Source: the human T2T-CHM13v2.0 reference genome, Homo sapiens. From it: 64,000 nt of DNA. Both the position numbers and the translations under genes were made by a program. Below, in pieces: positions 39,873-52,652 of this stretch. Within the stretch, counting starts at the first letter, position 1. Every line of letters starts with the position of its first letter. The notes below the pieces were generated by a model, which was not told the DNA's origin, searched no databases, and worked only from the letters and a program-made list of their open reading frames with translations. The stretch is taken from assembly GCF_009914755.1 (NCBI RefSeq), contig NC_060932.1; one strand, 5' to 3'.

Positions 39873-40674
39873 AGTAACTATTCATTGAGTTCTTATATGT
39901 TGGATGAACAAGATACATGAGCTCTACCAACCCAAGTAGGGAGGTCAGATGTTAAAAATAAATACACAGAACATGCCCTAGTTCAATTTTAATAGAATTT
40001 ATGTTGGAAATATACAGGGTAGAGGGATGAGGAGATCAGGCCATTTTGATCTAATCTGAAGGATCTAGGAAGGGATCCCTCAGCAAGTGATTTCTAGCTT
40101 CAGTTCTAAAGGGTGAGGAGGGGTTTTTCTAGCAGTGAGTGTATGAGTTTGTGTGTGTTGGGGAAGCTAGGGGCATGGGAAGGGGAGCATCCAGAAATAG
40201 GGGCCAGCATAGATGAGGTCTGGAAGTTGGGGAGAATGTACAGGAGGTCCAAAGAGTGAAGACGAGGTCAGTTTGGCCACAGTGTGGTAAGCCAGGCTAT
40301 AAGTTGAAGGAAAAGAGCTGAGAGAGGTAGTGGGGGCCAGAACACACAAGGCCCTGGAGGACACACAGATGATATTGAAGACAATGGGTCTCTATGCTAA
40401 GAGTAGTGACAAGCACTGAAAGGGTGTAGGCAGAAAGAGACCAAGTCAGGTTTGGATTTTGGAAAGTTCATTCTTATTGTCATGAGGGGAGGGAAACATG
40501 AGGGGAGACCTACTGCAAGATCCAGGCAGGCAATGACAATGGCTTGGGTTAGGGATGGAGTCAGATATATGGATATTTTGAAAGATTATATTGGTGGTGA
40601 TAGAATCAACAAGATTGGTGCTGTGTGGCGTTCCTGCAAATTAGCTTCTAACATTTGCTAGTCCCAGATGTAGA

Positions 40675-41175
40675 TTTGTGTGTGTGTGCCTGTGTGCAAC
40701 TATGTGTGCATATTGCGTGTGGGTGTGGGTGTATATGTGCATATATGTGTGTATGGTGTTTATGTGCATGTGTGTCCACCTGCATACATATGTGTGTGGA
40801 CACACATGTGGGCACATTTGTAGTGATGTGTGTATGTCTACATGTGTACAGTACATGTGTAGTGATGTGTGTATGTCTACATGTGTACAGTACATGTGTG
40901 CATGTGTGATGTTTATGTGCACATGTATGTCCATGTATGTGTCCACATGCATGCATTTGTGTGAGTATGCATTTGCATGTGTGCATGTGTGTGTTGTTTT
41001 CATGCCTGTGTCCACATGTATGTGTGCCTGTGTGTGGGTGCACACACACATGTGTGTTGTTTATGTGCATGTGCATCCACATGTGTGCATTTGTGTGTAG
41101 TCATGCACATATATGTACATATGTGTGTGGTGTTTATATGTGTGTCCACATGTGTGCATGTGTGTGTGCGTTTGT
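40675..41175. repeat. Cryptic (TG/CA/TA) alternating purine-pyrimidine tract containing an exact 39-bp tandem duplication
   Basis: tagtgatgtgtgtatgtctacatgtgtacagtacatgtg occurs at 40821-40859 and 40860-40898. Confidence 0.9.
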
Positions 41176-41339
41176 GTTCGGGGCAGTCAGGCGGCAGAGA
41201 AGGGGTGTCAAGAAAGTCAAGAATAGTTTTGGATTATATCACATGCTTGTCTATCACATGCATTTATTTCATATTGGCTTGGTGTTATGCACCAAGAATT
41301 TCTAAGCTCCAAAGATTGACAAGCTATAAACTCACATAC

Positions 41340-42047
41340 AATATTTCCCTTCATTTGTCATTGAACACTTAAGTTGATTTCATATCCTGGCAATTGTGAA
41401 TGATGCTGCAGTGAACACGGGAGTGCAGACATTCCTTTGGCATATTGATTTCATTTCCTTTGGGTATACACCCAGTAGTGGGATTGCTAAGTTTCCATCA
41501 ATGGATGAGTAAATTCAAAAAATGTGTTATATATACACAACGGAATACTATTCAGCCATAAAAGAAGGAAATCCTGTCATTTTAGAAAACATGGATGAAT
41601 CTGAAGGGCATTATGGTAAGTGAAATAAGCCAGGCACAGAAAGACAAATGTCATATAATCTCACACATATGTGGAATCTACAAAAGTTGAACTCATAGAA
41701 GTAGAGAGTCAATGGTGGGGACTGGGGATGGGGGTGAAGAGGGACTGGGGAGATGCTTGACAATGGGTACAAACTTACAGTTAGATAGGAGGAATAAGAT
41801 CTGTTCTATTGCACAGTAGAGTGACTATAATTAATAATAATATACTGTATATTTAAAAACAGCTAGAAGGAAGGATTTTAAATTTTCTTATCACAAATAA
41901 ATGATAAATATTCGAGGTAATGAATATGCTACTTATTCTGTTTTGATCATTACATATTATATACATGTATCAAAACATCACATTGTACTCTATAATATGT
42001 ATAATTATATTTGTCAATTAAAATAAAACTTTAAGAAATTAAAAAAA
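41340..42047 (+). mobile_element. L1MA-type element with an inverted 5' segment
   Basis: 41340-41488 is antisense L1 (cccagtagtgggattgct); 41489-42047 is sense L1 3'UTR running to an A-rich tail. Confidence 0.8.
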
Positions 42048-42059
42048 TTTGCAAATTTA

Positions 42060-42450
42060 TTTGCACCAAATTGGAAACTACTCCAGAACAAAAATAATGA
42101 ACTCTTGAAACACACAAGAATATGATAAATCTCAAACAAATTACACTAAGTGAAAGAAGCCAGATATTAAAGAGTACCTATCATGATTATTTCATTTATA
42201 TAAAATTCTGGAAAATGCAGAGTAACCTATTGTAATAGAAAGCAGATCAATAGTTGCACTGGAATGAGGGGACGGGGAGGAGCAGGAAGAAAGAATTATG
42301 AAGGTATGAATAAACTGTTGGGAATGATGGATATGTTCAGGATCTTAATTGTGGTGATGTTTCATAGGTGTCTAAACATATCAAAACTTATCAAATTGTA
42401 TATTTTATATGCAGGTTTTTGAATCAACTATAAGACAACAAACCTGTTAA
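42060..42450 (+). mobile_element. Older L1MD/ME 3' fragment
   Basis: ctaagtgaaagaagccaga...tttatataaaattctggaaaatgc...gaaagcagatcaatagttgc...tcaaaacttatcaaattgta. Confidence 0.7.
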
Positions 42451-43024
42451 AATAATTACATAAAACCAAATATATGCTATTAAGAGTAAAGACATTCCCT
42501 AAGCTCTAATGGGCTGGCTAATCTCAATGTCTGTGGGCTCCCTAGACAAGTTGAAGCATGTATCCCTGTGCCTGGCCTCTCCTCTGAGGAAGCTTCGTGG
42601 GTGCCTCTCTCTGCACCAACAGCCCTCGTCTGTCATCGTCACTTTATATTGAATGATTGGTGTTTGCCATACCAAGTGGACAGTATAATTTTGGAGAGTG
42701 GGTACAACATTGCATGTTTCCTTGTACCCCAAGTCTAATGGTCTGGGATGCACTGATAATTGTTAATATTCCTTGGAAACACTAGGTGATATTTGGATGG
42801 CTTCTCACCTCAGTTTAAGAAAACTTCACCCGATATCCATAATATACCTTGCAACCCTGTGCAGTCAATATTTTGTCCCCATTTTATATAGGAGGAATTT
42901 GAGGCACAGAGGGGTTGACGGAATTGCTAAAGGCCACCCAGCTAAGAAGAGTCAGAACAGAATTTGAATCTTGATTGCTTGACTCCAAAGTCACGCCTGC
43001 CTTTCCTGCTACCTTGCCTTAAAG

Positions 43025-43201
43025 CAGTGATTTTCAAAGTGTGGTCCCATAAGCATCACCTGGGAACTTGGTTGAGTTGCAAAATTGCGGCCCCTTCAGT
43101 CCTACTGACTCAGAAACTCTCGGGATGGGGCTTGGCAACCTGTGTTTTAACAGGCTTTCCAGGTAGTTCTAGTGCATGCGTGAGTCAGAGAAGCACCACT
43201 T
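43025..43201. mobile_element. MER5A MITE
   Basis: cagtgattttcaaagtgtggtccc...gcatcacctgggaacttg...ctgtgttttaacaggc...agaagcaccact. Confidence 0.85.
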
Positions 43202-44349
43202 TAAAGGAAGAGGATGAGCTGCCTGGGGGATAGTCAAGTCATTCATTCATTTATTCATCCAGTAGGTAGTTATTGAATATTATATTCCAGGCACTGAGGT
43301 AGGGATACAAAGTCTTTGCCTTTGATGGGCTTGCCGTGTCCTGAGTTGCACATCCCCACACATCATGGACAAGTGCATGCTGGCTTTGAGGGCTGGAGTT
43401 AATGTGGATTTGAACTTCTCTTCCAGATTTGAACTTAAACTATACGGTTCTGTGGTGTCTTCTACCTAAGCACTGAATAAGCCATGGCACATTTCAATTC
43501 CCATTCTCAGATATGATTATTAGAGAGACCCATGGGATGCGTTGGCTTTGAATTCCCCAGTTTGAAATGATTTAGGAGGGTGAAACGTCAAAGCCTCCTA
43601 TCTCCTTGTTTTTAATATCTATAAGTGTTCATGTATGGTAGGGGCTATGATAGTACACAATCCCATTATAAAGTAGCCTGTTCTATTTTTGTGACCTGCA
43701 TGTCAAAGTTCGCTCCGTGCCTAATGAAACACAGCATGTCTCCACCTCTGATTACACAGGAAGCCTTGCCACCCTCCTCAACTTTCTAAATATCTACTCT
43801 GCTGAGACTTTAACCTGGAGTTTGCAGTTGAGGCTTTTCAAAGAATCAAGCCTCACATTTTTGGTGGTGGTGGGGCACAGACAGGTCACAGATGAACAGG
43901 ATTTAGTTCCAGGTCATCCATTTTACCCCCATCTATGCTGGCTGGTAGGGATTCACTCCCTGGGGACCTCAGCTCAGGCCACTGTTGGGAAGCCTCTGAA
44001 TGAGAGATCCTTCCTCCGTCGATCCATTATACCTTTGGGCTGAGATGGCAGCTCTGGGGCAATATAGAAAGAGCCGAACTCTTCTCCATGGGCCAGCCCT
44101 TCAAGTGACGGTACTCAGAAGTGGTTCTTACATCTCTCCTATTTCCCAAATCTCCTTTGAATTTCCCCAGAGTAATCTCTTGATGATGTAGTTTCCAGAT
44201 CTGTAGTACTCAGTTTACACATTCATGCCCTTTCCCAAATTCTTGGGAACAGCATGGGCCAACGGCTAGAACATGGTTCTGTGTGGTTCAGCACAGCTGG
44301 GTTGGGTCTCCTCTGCTTTTACACTACTTACTTTTTGGCTTCAAAGTCA

Positions 44350-44660
44350 AAAATAAACAGACATAAATCCTGCTCTCTCTCATGAAGCTTATACTCTATT
44401 GTGGGTGAAACAATCAAAAAGAAATTTTACAGCAGGCTGTATGCCAATGGGAAAGATCTAGCAGAGAGGGTGATGGGTGGAGTCGGGGAAAAGGGGAGAA
44501 TGCTGGAGCAGCATGCCTAGGTGACAAGGGATGGGACCTATGCATGCCTGTGGGCCTCGGCCCTCACCAGGAGCCCTGAGAGTTCCTCCCCATTCCTGGA
44601 GAAAAGGCACATATGTGCACACAGGGGCAGGTGCCGGTAAGCGGAGTGGGCTGGAGAAGT
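44350..44660 (-). repeat. Composite inverted duplicate of two parts of the adjacent L2
   Basis: 44419-44660 is the reverse complement of 44925-45159 (~85% by eye). 44350-44425 is the reverse complement of 46731-46803 and includes a 32-nt exact match. Confidence 0.92.
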
Positions 44661-44924
44661 GCCTGGAGAAGACAGGAAAACTGTGCTGACCTCTGGTTTA
44701 AGAAATTGCTTACGACATACTGATTTAAAGGCAAAGGACTAGCTCTAGCCTTCCTCTTACATGTTGTATGCCCAGGGGCTGTGGCATAGGTATTTTCCTA
44801 TTACAAGAAGAAAGTACCTGAGACTTGGTGATGCGGCTGGCTCACCTCCAAGGCTGCACAGGGCACAGCTTTAACCTCATGTCTGGAGTGAACCTTTGGC
44901 AGGAGATTATAGTAGTGCACACCT

Positions 44925-46860
44925 GCTTCTACAGCTCACTCCACTTACCTGCACCTGTGTGCACACATGTGCCTCTCTCCAGGTGTGGGGAGGAACTCTC
45001 AGTGCTCCTAGTGAGGGCCGAGCCCCACAGGTGTTTACAGGTCCATCCCTTGTCATGTAGGCATGCTGCTCCAGCATTCTCCTTTGTCCCTGACTCCATC
45101 CATCTCACCCTCTCTGCTAGATTTTTCCCATCAGCATACAGCCTGCTGTGAAATTTCTTATCCTACAGCAGTCTTTCTTGACATCACTTTCCTTTCTACT
45201 TGTCTCCTTTTTTTGCTGTACAACTTCTGAAAAGAGTTGTCTAGACTGATTGCTTCCATTTTCCTCCTCCCCATTTTTTCCTAAGCCTGGTCCTGCCATG
45301 CCACTGAAACTGCTCCTTTCCAGGTCCTGGAGGCCCTCCATGTCCCATGCTGCTGGCTGTCCTCAGCCTCGCTTCTCTTGGGCTACCAGCAGCACTGGAC
45401 CCAGCTGATGGGGCTCTACTCCTGTTTATACCTTTGTTCCTACTTAGCTTCCCCAACTTCAGATTTTACTTCCACTTCACTGGTGATGCTTCACCAGTCT
45501 CTGTGGTTAATTCCTTCTTTCCACCATTATCTTATATCATAGGTGAGCCTCAGGGCTCAGGCCTCAGACCTCTTTTCTTTTCCATCTAACTCATTTCCTT
45601 GTGGTATCATCATGTCTTACAGCTGTAAATACAATCTCTTTGCTGAAAACTCCTAACTGCATGCCCTGCCTTGACCTTCAGACTCAGTATGGAATTGCTT
45701 ACATGATGTCTTCATTATAGGTCTAACAGGTGTCTCAGATCTGCCATTCTCAAAGCTGGCCCCTTGTTCCTCCTCATCGACCCCCATCTTGGTTAGTGGT
45801 GTCTCCATTTTACCAGTTGCTTCAGAATAAAACCCATATAACCCACATCTAATCTATCAGCAGATCCTTAGCCCTATCTTTAAAGACATTCAGGTTCTGA
45901 CCCTGTCTCATCACCTCCTTGGTCCTAGCCACCCTCATCCATTTTCTTTTATTGAAATAAGCCTCTTAATTGGCTCCCTTCTTCCACTCTTGACCCTGTT
46001 CTTCACACAGAGCTGAGAGGAACCCTGTTAAAATCAAAGTTACGTTACATCCCTTCTCTGCTGGAAACCCTCGTAGCCATCCCCATCAGTCTCAGAGTAA
46101 AAGCCAAAGCCTTTGCTCTGGTCCATGAGGTCCTGTAATATTTGGCACTCTGGCCCTTCTCTCCATCAGCCACTGACCCTGCCACGCTGGTTTAAAGGCA
46201 GGAACCAGCTCCAGCCTTCTTCTTGCATGTTGTGTGGCCAGGAGCTGCGGCCCAAGTCTTTCCCTGTCTAAATAGAAAGTACCCAAGACATGCTGATGCA
46301 GCTGGCTCACCCCTAAGGCAGCACAAGTCAGGTTCTATCACCTGACTTGCTCAAGAGAACAAGAGAAAGCCTGCTGCACACACCCTCCTCAGGGCTTAGA
46401 ACGTGGGCTTTTCCTTGCCTGCCGCCATGCCCCCCAAGCTGTTTCTATGGATCAGTTCCACGTCCTCATCTCCTCCAGGCCTCTCAGTAAGCCCTTTCTC
46501 AGAACCCTCTCTGAAATTGCACTATGGGTGTCCAACCATCTCGGTTCACCCAGGTCGGGGGATTTTTTGAGATGCAAAACTTTTAGTGCCAACACCAGGA
46601 AAGTCCTGGGTAAGCGATGAGTGGGTGACTCTAATTGCACCCCTCCCTCCAAACCTTCCTTCCCATGTTCCCTGCATTATCTTCCCCCACCGAATGTATC
46701 TCTGTCTATTGTACAACATATTTACTTGTTATTCTTTTTGATTGTTCTTCACCCACAATAGAGTATAAGCTTCATGAGAACAGGATTTATGCCTGTTTAG
46801 TTTGTCATTATATCTTGTGCGCCCAGGGCAGGACTTCACTAGATACTGGTTCAATAAGCC
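44925..46860 (+). mobile_element. Long L2 fragment running to its 3' end, with a MER81-like MITE at ~46525-46633
   Basis: L2 motifs in order: tgctccagcattctcc, tcccatcagcatac, aaagagttgtcta, ccactgaaactgctc, ctcagggctcag, catctaatctatcagc, agagtaaaagccaaag, gtataagcttcatgag. Confidence 0.8.
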
Positions 46861-47101
46861 CATAAACAGCAAATTCTCTGAGGCTGGCTTTCAGTGTCAC
46901 TCTTGTCAATGAAGCAAGATTCAGTTAATCACTGTCACATGGACTTCATATTCGCAGTGCATTTCCAGGGTGGAAGAGTATTAGTTGCAGAATGATGAGA
47001 AGTAGAACATATTAGTTTAGAAGATCATAAGTGCACCTCTCCCTTCCTTTTAAACAAACTTACATTTTATCCCTATGCACTTCTAAAAAGGGTGTGAATA
47101 C

Positions 47102-47849
<748 letters not shown>

Positions 47850-48187
47850 CATAATAATAAAATGAACTTTTAATGATCATAGTTATGTGCCAAGTGTATT
47901 AGTCTGCTCAAGCAGCCATAATAAAAACAAACAACAGAAACTCATTTCTCACAGCACATGAATTTTAGGGAGGAGATGCTATTCAGTCCATCACATCAAA
48001 TACAGTCTTAAGTGCTTTTTAATCTCTGCATTTAACTTACAATGACCCTACTTTATCTCATTTTGTAGATGGGAAAACTGAGGTGCATAGAGGGATTAAA
48101 TAACTTGCTTAAGGACATAGAGTGAGAAAATGGCTAAATTACATAAATTCAATGCCCTTGCAGGTAACTTTTAGATTAAAAATTCCA

Positions 48188-48320
48188 GGCTGGGGTGGTG
48201 GCTCACATCTGTAATCCCAGCACTGTGGGAGGCTGAGGCAGGCAGATCACCTAAGGTCAGGAGTTCGAGACCAGCCTGGCCAACGTGGTGAAAATCGCTG
48301 TCTCTACTAAAAATAAAAAC
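48188..48320 (+). mobile_element. Alu left arm only (truncated AluS)
   Basis: ggctggggtggtggctcacatctgtaatcccagcac...tctctactaaaaata, after which similarity ends. Confidence 0.85.
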
Positions 48321-48547
48321 CCCACAGTATACAAAGCATAAATTAAACATTTTAAAGAGATTAAAAAGTAGACTGGAAGAGGCGATGTCCGCATATACTG
48401 GGGCACAGAACTAGGGGCTCTGCCTCCGTCGATCATCTGTTTCTCTGAGTGGCACTTTGAGCTTAGTATTCACTTTGCAGATGAATCAGCAGAGGCTCCA
48501 TGCGGTAAAATAATGTGTCCCAAGGTCCCAGGGTGAGAAAGGGGAGA

Positions 48548-48704
48548 CAGGACCACACATAGTTTGCAGGGTCCAGTGCAAAATGAAAATGTGGAACACC
48601 TTTTTCAAAAATTAAGACACACATGAGAGCAATAGCAGAACATTAAAACAAGCATGGGTTCCTTTTGGGACTGCACAAGCTGCACACTCGCGAAGCCGAC
48701 CCTG
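48548..48704 (+). mobile_element. MER45A-like hAT-Tip100 MITE
   Basis: tttgcagggtccagtgcaaaatgaaaatgtgg...gactgcacaagctgcacac...gaagccgaccctg. Confidence 0.75.
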
Positions 48705-50367
48705 AGTGGGAGAGTTAGGCTAAAACTCAAACCTCACTGATTCCCAAGTCTAAACTTTGTCTTCTTATTCCCACTCTTGGCAGATATTTAGATGTAATTT
48801 CTGATTCTCTAGCTTTTGCCTCCATTTAAGATTGTAATATCCTCCAGGTCTCATGTCATCCTGGGGTGGACAGACAGGCAGACGGAGCAGAAGATGGGTT
48901 CTCTACAGACTCTCTTGTTTCAGGCATCATCTCAAAATTAATCAGGGGCTAAGAAACTTGGAAAATTCCTCCTTGAGAGGAACTCTTCTGGGAACATGGA
49001 GAACACAGGTAGGTGCTTGGCTTTGGTGTGTGTGTGTGTGTGTTTGTGTGTATGTATAGCCTGATTTACAGCAGGGGCAGCCTTTGTTTATTATTTTTGT
49101 TTCTTGAACTAAAGTGAAGCCCCTCTTCTGCTGTCACAGAGATTCTGCCAGTCATGCCCAGGGTACACAGGTCTTCAGCCTTGGATCATGACTGATCTTT
49201 GCTTTCAGACACTAATCAAACATATTTGGTGTTTTGGCGCCCTTCAGCTGCTAATGTTTCAGCTTAAAAATCCTGGAACATCTTCAATTACTCACCTCCC
49301 TCCCTCTGCCTCCCTGTAACTACTTTCCCCCAGCTTTCTGCTGGTGGTGGACTGATCTGATGTGGTCCTGTGGAGAGCAGGTACTTTTCCTTCTCTTCTC
49401 TTCAGAATCACTTGGCCAAGAGCCAGCTTCAGGCTCTGGTAAGCCTCCCCCTCAGAAGATAATTTGGAGGCAGAAAGGAACTTCATTATCTCATTTAATA
49501 TCCATCCAGCAGATTTATTTACTCTATAGCTAAAAGTGTCTGGGGGCATAGAGTGGTCCCTGATCAGCCCATTTGTGGAAGTCAGATGTGAGAGGGCTCT
49601 TCAGCCCTTTATTGAGGCAGGGGCTGTGGGATGAGGAGCCCTTGAGTTGGGTTATTGCAAACACAGTCTTGGAGATGTGATCTGTGCAAAGTTCAGCTTT
49701 TCTCTGAGCCAGGAAAGAATTTTGCATGATCTCAGGTTCCTGTGGTAATTATATCAGCAAGAAGAGAAGCATCAGTATTAAAGTGAACAGCAGGCGTCTG
49801 GCTGGAACTCAGCCAGGCAGAATCTAGAGGACCTCTCTTGACCAAAACAAAACAAAACAAAACAAAAAAGGCAGGTCTGAGTGACCCAAGGACCCACACA
49901 CAGGCAAAACTGAGAGTGTTTGGGCTGGCAATTCAGGCCGCTTTTTTATTTTTCCTGTTGACTATATTCTCCCCTACCTTCCCCCCGCCTCACCCTTTCT
50001 CTTCCACCTCCTCCCCTTTCCTCCTCTTTTCATCCTTCTTCTCTTCATCGCTGCCTCTCTTCCCTCTCCTCTCTCCCCTCCTCCCCATCTACTTATCCTC
50101 CCCCTCCTCTTATTCATACTTTTCCTCCTGGTCTAATGCCCATGTTCTAAAGAACCCAGCCTCCTAGACCAATTCCCTGTTTTCCAACTTCCCTCTGCAA
50201 ACACCCATTTCAATCACTAGGGGCACTGCCCTCTTTCTCCGCTTTCCAAGACTCTAGAGTGTCAACAATTTGGTTCACTGAGATGCAAATGTAATTCAAA
50301 TATACTTTATTCACTACAATTTTAAAATATGAGAGGGAGCACTTTTGGAAGATGGGTTGCTATAAAG

Positions 50368-50592
50368 CAAACTTGTCCAACCTGCGGCCCACTGGCCACA
50401 TGTGGCCCAGGACGTCTTTGAATGTGTGGCCCAACACAAATTTGTAAACTGTCTTAAAACATTATGAGACTTTTTTTTGCGAATTTTTTTAAAGCCCATC
50501 AGCTATCCTTAGTGTTAGTGTATTTTATAGGTAGCCCAAGACAATTCTTCTTTCATTGTAGCCCAAGGAAGCCAAAACACTGGACACCCCCG
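50368..50592. mobile_element. MER30 hAT-Charlie MITE
   Basis: cttgtccaacctgcggccc...gcccaacacaaatttgtaaac...tggacacccc. Perfect 8-bp TSD CTATAAAG at 50360-50367 and 50593-50600. Confidence 0.9.
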
Positions 50593-52029
50593 CTATAAAG
50601 TTTAAAATACAACAAAGCCTGACGTCTTAACCTTTAGTCAGATATTTTTAATAGGGTAATTAAAAAAATTGGAAGTATGTTTTGAATTGCATTAACCTAT
50701 CTTCACCTTACTATCTGCCAGCTTGTTTCTGTCCCCCCATTAATGAATTCATTCCTTTAGCAAGTACTTAGCAAGCATCTGCCATGTCCATCTCTTATGT
50801 GCTAGACACAGAGCTGGGCCCTGGAGACTTAACAAGATACAAGAATATGGTCTCTACCTTAGTGACCTTATGGCCTAGCATAGAGGACAGGAGTTAAAGG
50901 TGCTATTGTCACAAAATTGCCTTCCCCTCCCCACCTTGCAAGACCCTCTGTACTAGTACACTTACCAGTGACTTCTTGTGTAAGGGCAACTCATAGTCAC
51001 CCTGCCTCCCACTGGATGGTGAAGCCTTGGGAGGCAAGAAGTGATCACGTCTTATCCATCTTGACCCCCCACACCCATCCCAGGGCAACTACGGTGACCA
51101 TGTTTGAGCTTATGACTTCAAAATCATTACCATGAAATGCCAGGTAAGTGAGAAACAGTGCAACACAAATGATTACAAATCAAAGCAGTATGGGAGACTG
51201 GGGTTCAAATCTTGGCTTTGCCACTTAGTGGTATGTGACTCTGGTCATTTTTGGTGTTTCTAGTCTCAGCTTTGCTCATTTTTAAAATGAAGGCTAATAA
51301 TTCCTAGCCTAAGGGTTTGTATGAGAGATAAATAACTATTAAATGATATATATTGAAAATGCTTTGCATTTCTGGCAACACTTGTAAAAACCTATAGAGA
51401 TTAGTAACATGGGTTTCTACCCTAGAACTAAGTGGCTATTGGGTGGTAAACAGGGTGGTACTGAAGGGTTTCAGCCTTTATGATAGGAGGTTTTTCAGAG
51501 TATGAGTTTTTCATTAAAAAAGGAGTGACAACATTTACCTGGATAGAGATGGGGGTTAGAAAAAAGCCTTCAACCGTAGAAGTAGCGTTGAATTGACTGT
51601 TAAATGAATGTTAGCTTTTCAGCTGGTCATGGAGTCGAGGGAGAGAGGATGGGGTAAGGGCGAGGATGGCATGGCCTCCAGGCAGAAAGTGCAGTGTGTG
51701 AGAGCCAGGTGGGCTTGTTGGCTTGTAAGTAGTTAGGTGGTGCTGGCCAGGTGGCCTGCAGTAAGAGGTAAGGCTGAGAGGAGGCAGGGACAGTGAGTGC
51801 AAGACCTACTAGAGTTGATGAAGGGGAGCCACTGAAGGGTTTAGGCTTCAAAGGGATGTGACAAAATTCTCCTGCCTTTGGTGATTGCTAATGGTGAGAT
51901 GCAGGCAGGGAGAGCAGATAGGACATGACTGCAGTTGTCTAGGAGAGAAATAATATGGTCTGAATCAAGGTAAAAGCAGCATTGATGGTGAGAAAAAGGC
52001 AGGTGTGAGAGCTATTAAGAAAGTTGATG

Positions 52030-52652
52030 AGATGTCTGCACGCCCATGTTCATCTCAGCATGTTCACAACAGGCAAAATACAGAATTAGCCTAAACTTCC
52101 ATTGAGAAATGAATGGAAACACACACACACGCATGCACACACACATGCACACACCACACACATACACATATACACACACACAGTGGAATACTATTCAGCC
52201 ACAAAAAGAAGGAAGACCTGTCATTTGCAACAACATGGATGGGTCTGGAGGATATGATGCTAAGTGAAATACCCCAGGCACAGAAAAACAAGTACATATG
52301 ACATCACTTATACGTGGAATCTAAAAACGTCAAACTCAGAAGCAAATAGTGGAATGGTGGTTTTCAGAACCTGGGGGGTGGGGTGGGAAGAGGGAGATAT
52401 TAGTTAAAGGGTATAAAGTTTTAGTTAGACAAGAGGAGTACTTTCTGGAGATCTATTGCACAGCATAGTGACTATAGTGAATAATAATGTATTGCATACT
52501 TGAAAATTGCCAAGAGAGTAGATCTTAAATATTTCTGGCACAAAAACGTTGTAAGATGTGAGGTGATGGATTTGTTAATTAGCTTAATTTAATCATTCCA
52601 CGATGTACACATATATCAAAACATCACATTTTGCACCATAAATATATACAAT
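52030..52652 (+). mobile_element. L1MA-type 3' end with internal (CA)n
   Basis: gtcatttgcaacaacatggatgggtctggagg...gatctattgcacagcatagtgactatagt...gcaccataaatatatacaat. Confidence 0.85.

Noticed and set aside
40641-41372. Cys/His-rich ORFs in several frames (also 22493-23015 and 37322-37565)
   Set aside because: Stop-poor (TG)n tracts, not metallothionein or zinc-finger genes.
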